Positions 44,003 through 53,236 are shown, counted from the stretch's first letter. The stretch: 64,000 nucleotides of DNA from Candidatus Micrarchaeia archaeon (GCA_038871515.1 JAVZHX010000001.1:192001-256000), one strand, 5' to 3'. Notes: generated by a model from the sequence alone, not told the origin. Made by a program: numbers and translations.

Positions 44003-44132
44003 GGGGCCGTGTGCTAGCCTGGCAATGCTTCCGGCTACAGAATGAAAAATTCTGCCGGAATGGGGTGCCGGCGACCCGAGAAGCAACTTGAATTTCTCAG
44101 GTTGGATGGGAATTCAAATCTCGGCGGCCCCA
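44003..44132 (+). tRNA. tRNA-Pro(GGG) with two non-canonical introns (32/33: 44037-44060; 53/54: 44081-44112)
   Basis: Removing both inserts gives GGGGCCG...CCGGC-TT GGG GT-GCCGG...CCGAG-TTCAAAT-CTCGG-CGGCCCC-A; both have BHB-like junctions. Confidence 0.92.
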
Positions 44133-44152
44133 TTTTGTTAAGAGGTGTTGTT

Positions 44153-44755
44153 ATGACTGAACTTTTGATTCAACAGGAAAAATACTTAGAAGCGGGCATT
44201 CATATAGGAACCAAGATAAAGACGCCGGATATGAATCAGTTCATCTACAAGGCAAGGCAGGATAGGTTATATGTGCTTGATTTGAAGAAAGTGGATGAGA
44301 GGTTGAGAGTTGCTGCGAAGTTCATCTCTCATTATAAACCTGAGGATGTGGTTGTTGTTGCTTCAAGGTTGTATGCAAGCAGCTCTGCGAAGAAGTTCTG
44401 CGAGGTTGTTGGGTGCAGAGTTGTTGAGGGAAGGTTTGTGCCTGGAATGCTGACAAACCCCGCAAGGGAGGATTACTGCGAGCCGAAGCTGCTTTTCATA
44501 TGCGATCCCAAAAATGAAAGGCAGGCTTTGAAAGAGGCAAACAAGATGGGCATACCAACAATTGGGTTGTGCGATACGGATAACTCAACAAAATTCGTTG
44601 ATTGGATAGTTCCTTGTAACAATAAGGGCAGGAAGTCTCTTGCGCTGATTTTCTACTTAATTGCAAGAGAAATTAAGAAGATGAAGGGGGAGGAGCTTGA
44701 GCTGAAGCCTGAGGATTTTGAGGGGTTGAAGGGGGAGGAGGAAGTTTCAGAGTGA
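44153..44755 (+). CDS. rps2: 30S ribosomal protein S2
   Basis: [18 protein letters not shown] and PCNNKGRKS; start at ATG 44153 after a GAGGTG SD. Confidence 0.97.
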   Translation: MTELLIQQEKYLEAGIHIGTKIKTPDMNQFIYKARQDRLYVLDLKKVDERLRVAAKFISHYKPEDVVVVASRLYASSSAKKFCEVVGCRVVEGRFVPGMLTNPAREDYCEPKLLFICDPKNERQALKEANKMGIPTIGLCDTDNSTKFVDWIVPCNNKGRKSLALIFYLIAREIKKMKGEELELKPEDFEGLKGEEEVSE

Positions 44756-45991
44756 TTTCTTACAGCTGTTTTTCACAAATGAGTCGGTTATCTTATCACA
44801 TATTGTTGAGTTGCCGGTTGTGATGGCAAGCTGCTTGTAGCACTCATCCTTCCAGTTCTGGTGAATGATGGTATCGCAAGCAGAAACGTCATATTTTTCG
44901 TTGTATATTATTGATGAGTAGCAAGTGTTTCTCGTGTAGGTATTTTCTATCGCTGAGCAGAAGGATGGGTTGCGTGCTTTCTTTGCAATGTCTAAGTTGC
45001 ACGTATCTTTCCTGAATGGATCTGAAATTTTGCTGCAGAGCGAGATGTTCAAGGTGACATTGGCAAGCGTGTGGTAGCAGTTATCCCTGTCTGTTATGCA
45101 TTCATAGCAAATTATATACGAACAGATGTTGGGGTTCAGAGTTTTCACTGCAATGTTGGTATAGCATCTATCCTTGTAGAAATTTGTGCTTATCTCCTGA
45201 CAGAGCGAATGATTGAGTTTATCTGTTGCAAAAACTTCAATGCACGAGTCCCTTTGTAAATAGTCTGGAAGCTCGTTACAGAGGGAGGAGTTGCCGGTGA
45301 TTTTTGTTAAACACAGATACTTTGTATAGTTGAATGAAATGTATCTGCAGAGAGAGGAGTTGGAGTGAAGGGTTGCGAAGTGCTGGAAGCACTCATCCCT
45401 CACACCGGAGGAAGAAAGGAGATTGCAGGCTGAGTAATCATCTTTGCTTTTTGCATATTCAAAATAGCATGAATCAACAAGCGAGCTGTTTTTTATTTCA
45501 GAGCAGGTTGATGGGTTGTCCCTTGCTTTTGCCATACAGAGAGAAAAGTTAAATTCATCGGTTAACTCCTCGCACAGCACTGTGTCATCCCCAAGCTCAA
45601 GACGGCACTGCTTCCTTAAAGTTTGATTCTCAATTTTGTTGCACGTTGCAATTCCCATCACTGGCGCAAGCGTGTGGTAGCAGTTGTCCCTTGTTTCATC
45701 TTTAATTATTCTCATGCACAGCGTTGAGTCATTAAGCTGTATTGCAAATCTTAAGTTGCAGTTATCTCTTAATGAATCTGAAAAAATGAAGGAGCATGCG
45801 GTTAGGTTGTTTTTCATAATTGCGTTGTTGTAGTAACATCTGTCAGCTTCATCTTTGTTTGTTATATCCTCGCATGCAATTTCAACGGGAGGTTGCACTG
45901 TTTCGTTTGCCGGTGGTTTTTCCTCAGGTGGTTTGTAGGAGACGCAGCCTAGGAAAAGAAGGCAGATTAACAACAGGAGGAGTTTTCTCAT
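44747..45991 (-). CDS. Cys-rich repeat lipoprotein (about 15 C-x11-C units)
   Basis: Lipobox-like LFLGC, about 25-aa periodic C..I.....RD.CY repeats, many N-x-S/T sequons. Confidence 0.8.
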   Translation of the reverse strand: MRKLLLLLICLLFLGCVSYKPPEEKPPANETVQPPVEIACEDITNKDEADRCYYNNAIMKNNLTACSFIFSDSLRDNCNLRFAIQLNDSTLCMRIIKDETRDNCYHTLAPVMGIATCNKIENQTLRKQCRLELGDDTVLCEELTDEFNFSLCMAKARDNPSTCSEIKNSSLVDSCYFEYAKSKDDYSACNLLSSSGVRDECFQHFATLHSNSSLCRYISFNYTKYLCLTKITGNSSLCNELPDYLQRDSCIEVFATDKLNHSLCQEISTNFYKDRCYTNIAVKTLNPNICSYIICYECITDRDNCYHTLANVTLNISLCSKISDPFRKDTCNLDIAKKARNPSFCSAIENTYTRNTCYSSIIYNEKYDVSACDTIIHQNWKDECYKQLAITTGNSTICDKITDSFVKNSCKKSL

Positions 45992-46057
45992 AAAAGTATG
46001 TTTAAGTGTTATTATTTATTAACCTTGCGAGTTTTTTAGTATGTAACCATGGTTACA

Positions 46058-46117
46058 TCAGCTTACCCTCTTCTCTTCATCTAGCTTGGAGCTATCAGGA
46101 ATACCTCGTATCATCAC
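46058..46117 (-). ncRNA. Box C/D methylation guide sRNA (double guide for 23S rRNA)
   Basis: GTGATGA(C)-12 nt-CTGA(D')-hairpin-ATGAAGA(C')-12 nt-CTGA(D); guides complementary to 23S at 60945-60974. Confidence 0.9.
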
Positions 46118-46148
46118 TGAAATAATATGAATGGCGGAATTTAAGTTT

Positions 46149-46793
46149 CTATTGTTTTATAACTTCATTGAAAACTCTTGCCACTTCGCTTCTTTTGCTC
46201 TCAGCAACTTTCACAACTTCCTCAAACTTTATTTCTTTTCCTCCAACCCCACAAGCATAATTGCACCCAACTGCCAAGCAACCGTACAGCAGCCCCATCT
46301 CCCTTGCCAGAATTGCTTCCGGAACGCACGTCATGCCAACAACATCCGCCCCCATTCTCCTCAGCGCCTCTATCTCTGCTTTTGTTTCCAGACGCGGTCC
46401 TCTTGTATGCGCAATTACCCCTCCATCCCTCACTTTCACCCCCACCCTCTCCGCAGCTTCAATTATCTTATCCGCAAGTGGGAACGGATTGCCAAAATCC
46501 TTATGAACTTCGTTGAAATCGCCCGCTTTTCTGTTGAAAATTGTTGGCATCTCTGAGCAGAATGCTATAAAATCCCTCAGCACGATTAACTCGCCTGGGC
46601 GGTATTTTTCTATTATTCCAACAGAGGCGGTTGATAAAACAGCTTCGCATCCTCTTGATTTACATCTTCCAATATTTTTTCTGTGGTTTATCAAATGCGG
46701 TGGAATTGTGTGCTTCCTCCCATGCCTGGGGATGAAAAATGCATTTATTTTTAAACTTTCAAAACCACTCCCGCCAATCACCGCAAACCTCAT
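46149..46793 (-). CDS. MTAP-family purine nucleoside phosphorylase
   Basis: IGGSG, PRHG..H..PPH.IN, GPRLETKAE, VGMT..PE..LARE and NYA.G. Confidence 0.9.
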   Translation of the reverse strand: MRFAVIGGSGFESLKINAFFIPRHGRKHTIPPHLINHRKNIGRCKSRGCEAVLSTASVGIIEKYRPGELIVLRDFIAFCSEMPTIFNRKAGDFNEVHKDFGNPFPLADKIIEAAERVGVKVRDGGVIAHTRGPRLETKAEIEALRRMGADVVGMTCVPEAILAREMGLLYGCLAVGCNYACGVGGKEIKFEEVVKVAESKRSEVARVFNEVIKQ

Positions 46794-47239
46794 CTTCCCA
46801 TCTCACAAGTTTGATATGGATAGATTATCCACCTCTTCGTTTTCTGAACAAAAAAATCAGGTTTTACTTTTGAATGTGGTTTGTAATGAAGCGTTGCCGT
46901 CTTAACCTCCTTTGCATTCTCAAGCATTTTTTTCACAACAATCAAAGTCTCTCCAGTATCCGCAACATCATCAACAACAAGCACCTTCCCCTTTATTTTA
47001 TTTATAGGTAACTTCTGGCTCACCACTGGCTTCCTTCCCCTCCTCTCGCCCTCGTAAAAATCAACTTTAACCCCATATAACTTCTTCACTCCCAATCTAT
47101 CACTTAGATAAACCGCAGGCACCCATCCTCCTCTGCCAACACCAACTATACAATCCGGTTTGAACTTCTCTTTTACTTTTTCAGCCAACCTATCGCACAT
47201 TTTTTCAACTTCCAAAGCAGTCAACTTCAGGTATCTCAT
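46790..47239 (-). CDS. Purine phosphoribosyltransferase (type I PRTase)
   Basis: VGRGG, VLVVDDVADTGETL and WIIYP. Confidence 0.9.
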   Translation of the reverse strand: MRYLKLTALEVEKMCDRLAEKVKEKFKPDCIVGVGRGGWVPAVYLSDRLGVKKLYGVKVDFYEGERRGRKPVVSQKLPINKIKGKVLVVDDVADTGETLIVVKKMLENAKEVKTATLHYKPHSKVKPDFFVQKTKRWIIYPYQTCEMGR

Positions 47240-47250
47240 CTTTTCACCAA

Positions 47251-47323
47251 TAGCCCCGGTCGGATTCGAACCGACGTGAGCGGGTCCAAAGCCCGCTATC
47301 CTTGGCCTCTAGATGACGGGGCT
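47251..47323 (-). tRNA. tRNA-Gln(UUG), no intron
   Basis: A1-U72 acceptor AGCCCCG/CGGGGCT; GCGGG-CT TTG GA-CCCGC. Confidence 0.96.
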
Positions 47324-47349
47324 GCTTTACAGAATTTGAATTTTTTAAT

Positions 47350-48786
47350 TTAATATGCTTTCCCCACGTAAACAACCTGGCTTGCCTTCTTCCCACACCA
47401 GATGCAGTTACCTGTTGCTTTCTCTTTCTCCCCAAGAGGGCTTCCCCTTATCGCTCCGCCAGCTGTTTCAGCTTTTATATAATCAGCGCACTCAACAGAG
47501 CCACACCACAAAACTTTAACCAAACCTCCCTTGCTCTCAAGTATTTTCTTCAACTCATTCATGCTGCCTGCCTCAAAAATATGCGATTTGAAAAACCTTT
47601 CCGCTCTCTCCGCAATATTTTTCTGAATCTCCTCAAGAAGTTTTTTAACTCTCTCAACAACCTCACTTTCCTTAACGGTCACCTTCTCCCCACTATCCCT
47701 CCTCACAACAACAACCTGCTTCTTCTCAACATCCTTCGGCCCAACCTCAATTCTCACTGGCACTCCCTTCAGCTCCCAGTAGTTATACTTCCATCCAGGC
47801 GTATGCTCAGGATTTTCATCAACCTTCACCCTTATTCCATTTCTTTCAAGCAGCTCAGCAACAGCACGACACCTCTCAACAATCTTCTCATCCATTCCCT
47901 TGAAGTAGATTGGTATAACCACAGCAAGCAGTGGAGCAACCGCTGGCGGCAGTATTAACCCTTTATCATCCCCATGAATCGCAACCAACGCGCCAAAAAT
48001 TCTCCAAACCGCAGGCCCGTAGCAGGTTTGCCACGCATACCTTTCCTTCCCTTCCTTATCAACAAACTTTATGTTGAATGCTTTTGAGAAGTTCTGCCCA
48101 AGAAAATGAGTTGAGGGAAGCTGAATTATCTTTCCATCAGGCATTATGCTGTCCGCCGCATACGTGTGAACGGCTCCCTTGAACTTATCATGCTCCGGCC
48201 TTTTGAAGAAGATAAATGGAATGCAGAACTCCCTCAGAACATTTTTTGTTATCTCCATATCCTCCTCAACCTGCTTCAGAGCTTCCTTTTCCGTTTCAAA
48301 CACGTCATGCGCTTCTGTCCAGTAGAACTCCCTTCCCCTTATAAACGGCCTTGTTGACTTACCCTCAAACCTCCAAACCTGACAGCTCTGATATACCTTG
48401 TAAGGCAAATCCCTCCACGTCCTTATCCATAATGAGAACATTGAATACATCGCAGTTTCAGAAGTAGGCCTTAACGCAAGCCTCTCAGAAAGCTTCTCCC
48501 CCTCGCTCCCTCCCTCAGTTACCCAGAAAACATCTGCAGAGAAACCCTCTGCATGCTCCGCTTCTTTTTTGAAGTAGGACTCGGGAACAAGTGCAGGAAA
48601 CCAAACTGGTTCGTGCCCTTTCTTCTCAAGCTCCTCCTCCAGTATTCTGTACATGTTTTTCATTGTTCTCACAGACCACGGCATGTGCGCTAGAAAACCC
48701 TTCACATTATACCTTATATCCGCCAGCTCCGCTTCCTTTATCACTTCCGTGAACCACTCGGAGAAATTGCTTTTCTTATTTTTCAT
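47350..48786 (-). CDS. proS: Prolyl-tRNA synthetase (archaeal/eukaryal type)
   Basis: ALRPTSET, PFIRGREF, HGDDKGL.LPP and C-terminal ..AY. Confidence 0.98.
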   Translation of the reverse strand: MKNKKSNFSEWFTEVIKEAELADIRYNVKGFLAHMPWSVRTMKNMYRILEEELEKKGHEPVWFPALVPESYFKKEAEHAEGFSADVFWVTEGGSEGEKLSERLALRPTSETAMYSMFSLWIRTWRDLPYKVYQSCQVWRFEGKSTRPFIRGREFYWTEAHDVFETEKEALKQVEEDMEITKNVLREFCIPFIFFKRPEHDKFKGAVHTYAADSIMPDGKIIQLPSTHFLGQNFSKAFNIKFVDKEGKERYAWQTCYGPAVWRIFGALVAIHGDDKGLILPPAVAPLLAVVIPIYFKGMDEKIVERCRAVAELLERNGIRVKVDENPEHTPGWKYNYWELKGVPVRIEVGPKDVEKKQVVVVRRDSGEKVTVKESEVVERVKKLLEEIQKNIAERAERFFKSHIFEAGSMNELKKILESKGGLVKVLWCGSVECADYIKAETAGGAIRGSPLGEKEKATGNCIWCGKKASQVVYVGKAY

Positions 48787-48872
48787 TGAATCACTTTTAC
48801 TCAGTGTATAATAAATATTATTCAGAAAGGATTTTATATGCTGAGTTTTGAAATATTATTGGAGCTGTTGGT

Positions 48873-49445
48873 ATGCCAGTTTTCATAGACCCAAAGATAT
48901 GCGATAAGGAGGATATATGCGATATTGTAGAAGTATGCCCCAGCGATGCAATTATTCACAACAAGAAGGAGGGAACAATAGAGATAGACCAGTCAAAATG
49001 CACAGAATGCCTTCTCTGCCTGAAAGCATGCCCTTACCTTGCTGTTAAACTGATTAAGGATTTGAAAGAGATAAGGAGGATTAGAAACAAAAGCTCCCAC
49101 ATACTCAAACTTTATGGAACAAAACCTGGGAGAATTGGAAAACCTATACTGAAGGATTCTAATTTCAAAAAGAAAGTAAGCGCAAAGGCTCCCACCCTGG
49201 TTGTTTTCTGGGGCGCCCACAGCGGTGCGATGGCTCCTTTCATCAGGGAAATTATAAGGAAGCACAGGAAAAAACTCAGGTTGGCTTACGTCAAGGTTGC
49301 GGACAACCCCAAACTCACTAAAAAGTATTCAATAAAAACAACTCCCACCCTAGTGCTATTCAAGAAAGGAAGGGCTGTGAGCAAGCTGGAGGGGGTTAGA
49401 CACAGGGAAACGATAAGGGTTTGGGTTGAAAGCAACCTTACATAA
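48873..49445 (+). CDS. 4Fe-4S ferredoxin fused to a thioredoxin-fold domain lacking CxxC
   Basis: CTECLLCLKACP plus an atypical first cluster; Trx fold with FWGAHSG and TTPTL. Confidence 0.8.
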   Translation: MPVFIDPKICDKEDICDIVEVCPSDAIIHNKKEGTIEIDQSKCTECLLCLKACPYLAVKLIKDLKEIRRIRNKSSHILKLYGTKPGRIGKPILKDSNFKKKVSAKAPTLVVFWGAHSGAMAPFIREIIRKHRKKLRLAYVKVADNPKLTKKYSIKTTPTLVLFKKGRAVSKLEGVRHRETIRVWVESNLT

Positions 49446-50343
49446 ACTTCTGGTATTTTGATATGAGCGCAAGAAGTAGTATGAGGAATGAGCTCACAAG
49501 AGCTGCTTCTTCTACGCTAAGAGTTTGATAAACTCCTGAATTCACCGCGAGTATCAGAACTGGGTAATTCAGAATGAAAACAAGCAAAGCAGACCTTCCA
49601 AAATCCTCAAGAAACTTCAAAGTTATTCCTCTCACTTCAACAAGCCAGTGAACAAACACCATCAGCAACATGCAGAAACCTGAAGAGAGGAAAATGAATG
49701 GCGGAGTTGCAATGTTTCTGTCATACGTTATGAAGCTCGCCAGCACTGCTCCTGCAGCCATCAGCAGCATTCCCCACCTCATCAAAGAAGATGAATTTTT
49801 CTTTTTCAAAAATTCCTCTTCACTCATGTAACCAAACAGCACAATTGTGCTAAGCGAGAAGGAACCGATAAAACCGCCATTTGGAAAGAGGGAAGCAGCT
49901 GAGTAGATTGATGGGATTGAAACAAAGTATGAGTAGCAAACTGCAATTATGATAATTGCAAGCACTTTCATTTTATTTGGAAAACAAATGAAACACAAGG
50001 CAATAATCCCTGACAAACCTATCGCTTCAAGCACCCACCAGATGTAACCGGATGTGATTACAAGAATTACATCAAGCAAAAAACCAATAAGGAATATTTT
50101 CAAGTATCTTGCAAACGCACCTTTTACTGCCTCATCCTTCTTTCCAGCAACCATCAGATACGTTGAAACTCCTGAGATGAAGAGAAACATCGCAACATCC
50201 ATATCGCCTATTGAGATAACTCCTCTCTCGCTGTAATTAAGAAAATTGATTGGTTGAGAAGGGAAAATATTCACAAAAAAATGAAGAATTAACATAAAAA
50301 GAACCGCAGCTCCCCTGTAAACATCAACCCACTTATACCGCAT
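49438..50343 (-). CDS. Membrane acyltransferase, DUF1624/HGSNAT-like
   Basis: R...VDVYRG.A..FM...H and FLFISGVS; multi-TM; start at 50343 (the longer ORF runs into tRNA-Trp). Confidence 0.8.
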   Translation of the reverse strand: MRYKWVDVYRGAAVLFMLILHFFVNIFPSQPINFLNYSERGVISIGDMDVAMFLFISGVSTYLMVAGKKDEAVKGAFARYLKIFLIGFLLDVILVITSGYIWWVLEAIGLSGIIALCFICFPNKMKVLAIIIIAVCYSYFVSIPSIYSAASLFPNGGFIGSFSLSTIVLFGYMSEEEFLKKKNSSSLMRWGMLLMAAGAVLASFITYDRNIATPPFIFLSSGFCMLLMVFVHWLVEVRGITLKFLEDFGRSALLVFILNYPVLILAVNSGVYQTLSVEEAALVSSFLILLLALISKYQKFM

Positions 50344-50376
50344 AGTGATGATAAGGAGGTTATTAATATTTAATAA

Positions 50377-50542
50377 TGGGGCCAGAGGGATTTGAACCCT
50401 CACTAACAGGTGTCTCGTGAAGCACATCATCCCTCATCAATGCTCCAATTCTAAATCATCCCGCCGGTCATAACACCTGTCACAACGCTCCTTCTCAAAA
50501 GGAACTGGAGCCTGTTGTTCTGCCAAGTTATACTATGGCCCC
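50377..50542 (-). tRNA. tRNA-Trp(CCA) with a 93-nt 37/38 intron (50412-50504) carrying C/D guides
   Basis: ACAGG-CT CCA G|...|A-CCTGT; mature length 73 nt; intron contains antisense elements to positions 34 and 39. Confidence 0.92.
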
Positions 50543-50567
50543 TCGGAATTATTTTGAAAAATCAGAT

Positions 50568-51671
50568 TTAATTACTTATCCTTTCTATTTTTTTTACTAT
50601 CTCTTCAAGCACCATCCTCTCAAAACCCTCATTCGCTCTCAAACCAGCAGCAACATCATGCCCTCCCCCACTCTCAATCATCTCGCTCATCTCACCCTTC
50701 AACTCCTTTATAATATAATTTGCATTGAACCCAGCCTCCTTTGCCTTCCCATTTGCTCTGAAGTGAAATGCCCTCTCATCATGCCCAATCACAACAACAG
50801 GAACCTCCTCCTTCCCAAACTCGCTAAGAACTTCGTTGCATATCTTCCCTTTTGGAGGAAACTCCCCGCTTTTAACTTTATCTAACCTAACAACCACAAG
50901 CTTAAACCCATTCCCCAGCTCCTTCACCTTCGCATACCTCAAAGCATCATTTTTAACACGCTCAATTCTCCTCATCGCTTTTTGGTATATTGAGTCAACT
51001 GCTTTTGGATTTCTCAAATTTGAGTAATACATCTCAAGGCTCTCAGCAAAATATGAATCAGAAGCCATGTAATCAAGCACAAGCGCCTTTCTTTCCTCTT
51101 CCTCGCTTGGCTTTATCAATTTGCTTTTATCTCCCGCAAGCGACACTCTCTCAAGCTCCTCCAAACCATCAAATTGCTTAAGCTTCTCAGCTATTTTTCC
51201 AGCAAGCAAACCAGCTGAATAATCCGAATTCCCTCCATAAAGCCATGGAGAAATAAGCACAACGTCACCAACTTCATCAACAGGATGGTGGTCAACCACA
51301 AGGACAGAAAAACCGGCCTTCCTCAGCGCTTTCAGCGAATCCGCGCTTTCCTCATTCATTGAAAAATCAAGCAGAACTGCAAGCGGTTTCCCCCCCATAT
51401 TCCTCATCAGCTCCAAATCATCAACAACACTCCTCAACTCATAAACCGCGGTTTGATTTTTGAAAATCAGCATCCTCTTCCTCTGCTCCTCAAAATCACC
51501 TCCAAGCATCTCCTTCATTGAAAGGTAGATTGAAAGCGCAGCGCATATCCCATCGCAGTCTCCATGATACCTCATCAGAATTGGCTCTTTTGAGTTAAGG
51601 GTTGCTCCTATTAACTCCGCAGCTTTTTCAAACGCGCCACCCATCTTTTTAATAATTCCGTTGAGCTCCAT
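50568..51671 (-). CDS. DHH-family phosphoesterase (RecJ-like)
   Basis: HGDCDG, LLDF, VVDHH and GGGHDVAAG. Confidence 0.88.
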   Translation of the reverse strand: MELNGIIKKMGGAFEKAAELIGATLNSKEPILMRYHGDCDGICAALSIYLSMKEMLGGDFEEQRKRMLIFKNQTAVYELRSVVDDLELMRNMGGKPLAVLLDFSMNEESADSLKALRKAGFSVLVVDHHPVDEVGDVVLISPWLYGGNSDYSAGLLAGKIAEKLKQFDGLEELERVSLAGDKSKLIKPSEEEERKALVLDYMASDSYFAESLEMYYSNLRNPKAVDSIYQKAMRRIERVKNDALRYAKVKELGNGFKLVVVRLDKVKSGEFPPKGKICNEVLSEFGKEEVPVVVIGHDERAFHFRANGKAKEAGFNANYIIKELKGEMSEMIESGGGHDVAAGLRANEGFERMVLEEIVKKIERISN

Positions 51672-51733
51672 ATTTATGAAGTTTTGCGCAAAGGGATATT
51701 AATATTAACGAAGCTAAAGGAATTGGTGGTTGA

Positions 51734-51991
51734 ATGGAAGCAAGAATAGTAAACTACAGAAGAGGAAAGCACACCGAATACACAAATCAATACATAATAA
51801 CAATAGAGGGAGTGAACAGCAAGGAAGAAGCAGTTAAACACGTTGGTAAGAAAGTTGTTTGGAAAACTGCAAGTGGAAAAGAGATGGTTGGGAAGATAAC
51901 AAACACTCATGGAAACGGAGGAGCGCTTCTTGCAAGATTTGAGAAGGGGCTTCCCGGGCAGGTGCTTGGGAGCACTGTAACAGTGGAGTGA
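51734..51991 (+). CDS. rpl35ae: 50S ribosomal protein L35Ae
   Basis: GKIT.THGNGG...ARF...LPGQ.LG. Confidence 0.96.
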   Translation: MEARIVNYRRGKHTEYTNQYIITIEGVNSKEEAVKHVGKKVVWKTASGKEMVGKITNTHGNGGALLARFEKGLPGQVLGSTVTVE

Positions 51992-51995
51992 GCTG

Positions 51996-52340
51996 ATGGA
52001 AGCAGAGATTAAACCAAACGAAATAAGAGAGCTTGCTGAGAAGCTTAAAGAAACCGACAGGCTTATGGCGATAACCGCAGTTGACGAAGGAAAAAACATC
52101 ATGCTATGCTACCACTTCTGGAGAGTTGCAGAGAATGAGATAAGAAATGTGAAAGTTAAAGTTAAAGATGAGGTTGACACTATTTCAGATATAATTCCGA
52201 ACGCATCTTACTATGAAAGGGAAATTCACGATTTGTTTGGAGTTGAGTTCAAAGGGGCAAAGCTTGAACCTCTTCTCATCCCAAAAGGCTATAAGAAATA
52301 TCCTTTGAGAAAAGCGCTTGAGGAAAAGCTCAACCCTTGA
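51996..52340 (+). CDS. NuoC/EchD-like subunit of a membrane-bound hydrogenase
   Basis: TISDI.PNA.YYEREIHDLFGVEF.G and YPLRK. Confidence 0.88.
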   Translation: MEAEIKPNEIRELAEKLKETDRLMAITAVDEGKNIMLCYHFWRVAENEIRNVKVKVKDEVDTISDIIPNASYYEREIHDLFGVEFKGAKLEPLLIPKGYKKYPLRKALEEKLNP

Positions 52341-53184
52341 CTAGTTGCTGGCACTGCTCCCTGAGAACAGCAGTTGTGATATATGAACATATTTTTGGGT
52401 TTCCAGTATCCTTTGCAACCTGCAAGTAGCAGTTATCCCTCAGCGATTCGGAAGGTAAGTTTGTGCATGCATTTGGATCTTTTGAGTAAACCGCAGATAC
52501 ATACAGGCACGCCTGCTTCCCCTGCGGTTCAGCAATTTTATCACACGTCGAAGGGTCAATCCTCCCAGTCGTGCAAAGCTCCTTGGAGAATGGATTTTGT
52601 ATTTTACTACAGTAGCTTTTGTCATTAAGTTCCTTTGCCATTGAAAAGAGACATGCGTCAACCATGTCGCGCTGAGCTTCCGGATAATCCGAAATCAGCA
52701 TCTCGCAGTACTGCGGTTCCCTGTTCTTTATTGCAAGCTCGGAGTAGATTTGATTCTTGCACGCACTCCTTGATGCATTCGCCGATATCCCTTCACATAA
52801 ATCTGGCCTTAGGAGAGAAACTGCAAGCTTGGAGAGACAGTTATCTCTATAGTAACTCGTCTCCATCCTCATACAGTAAGAAGAGTCGTTGCTTGAAACT
52901 GCAAGTCTTGAGAAGCACTCTTCCTTCAGCACGCCGGACAGCTTCTGGCAGATTGAAGCATTCGGCGCAACTCCCTTGCTCAAAAGCAAAGAGTAGCACT
53001 GCTCCGCAACTGAAGCTTTTTCTATTTCCCCGCATTTGGATATATTCATCGTCTCGCTTGCAACCATCATCAAGCAGTTATCTTTCTGAGATGGATCCCA
53101 TAGATGGTAGCACCTCTCAGGCGATGTATCAACAAAAATACAGCCGGAGAGGAAAAGAAGCAAAAACAGGAGTTTTTTATTCAT
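52330..53184 (-). CDS. Cys-rich repeat lipoprotein (about 10 C-x11-C units)
   Basis: Lipobox-like FLSGC; same repeat type as 44747-45991. Confidence 0.8.
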   Translation of the reverse strand: MNKKLLFLLLFLSGCIFVDTSPERCYHLWDPSQKDNCLMMVASETMNISKCGEIEKASVAEQCYSLLLSKGVAPNASICQKLSGVLKEECFSRLAVSSNDSSYCMRMETSYYRDNCLSKLAVSLLRPDLCEGISANASRSACKNQIYSELAIKNREPQYCEMLISDYPEAQRDMVDACLFSMAKELNDKSYCSKIQNPFSKELCTTGRIDPSTCDKIAEPQGKQACLYVSAVYSKDPNACTNLPSESLRDNCYLQVAKDTGNPKICSYITTAVLREQCQQLVKG

Positions 53185-53236
53185 GGAAGTGATTATATAG
53201 CTTACGCAATATAAATTTTTCTAGAAAGGTGCTTGG

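Noticed and set aside
44042..44152. N-terminal extension of S2
   Set aside because: It overlaps the intron-containing tRNA-Pro(GGG); the real start is 44153.
50344..50430. N-terminal extension of the DUF1624-like protein
   Set aside because: It overlaps tRNA-Trp.
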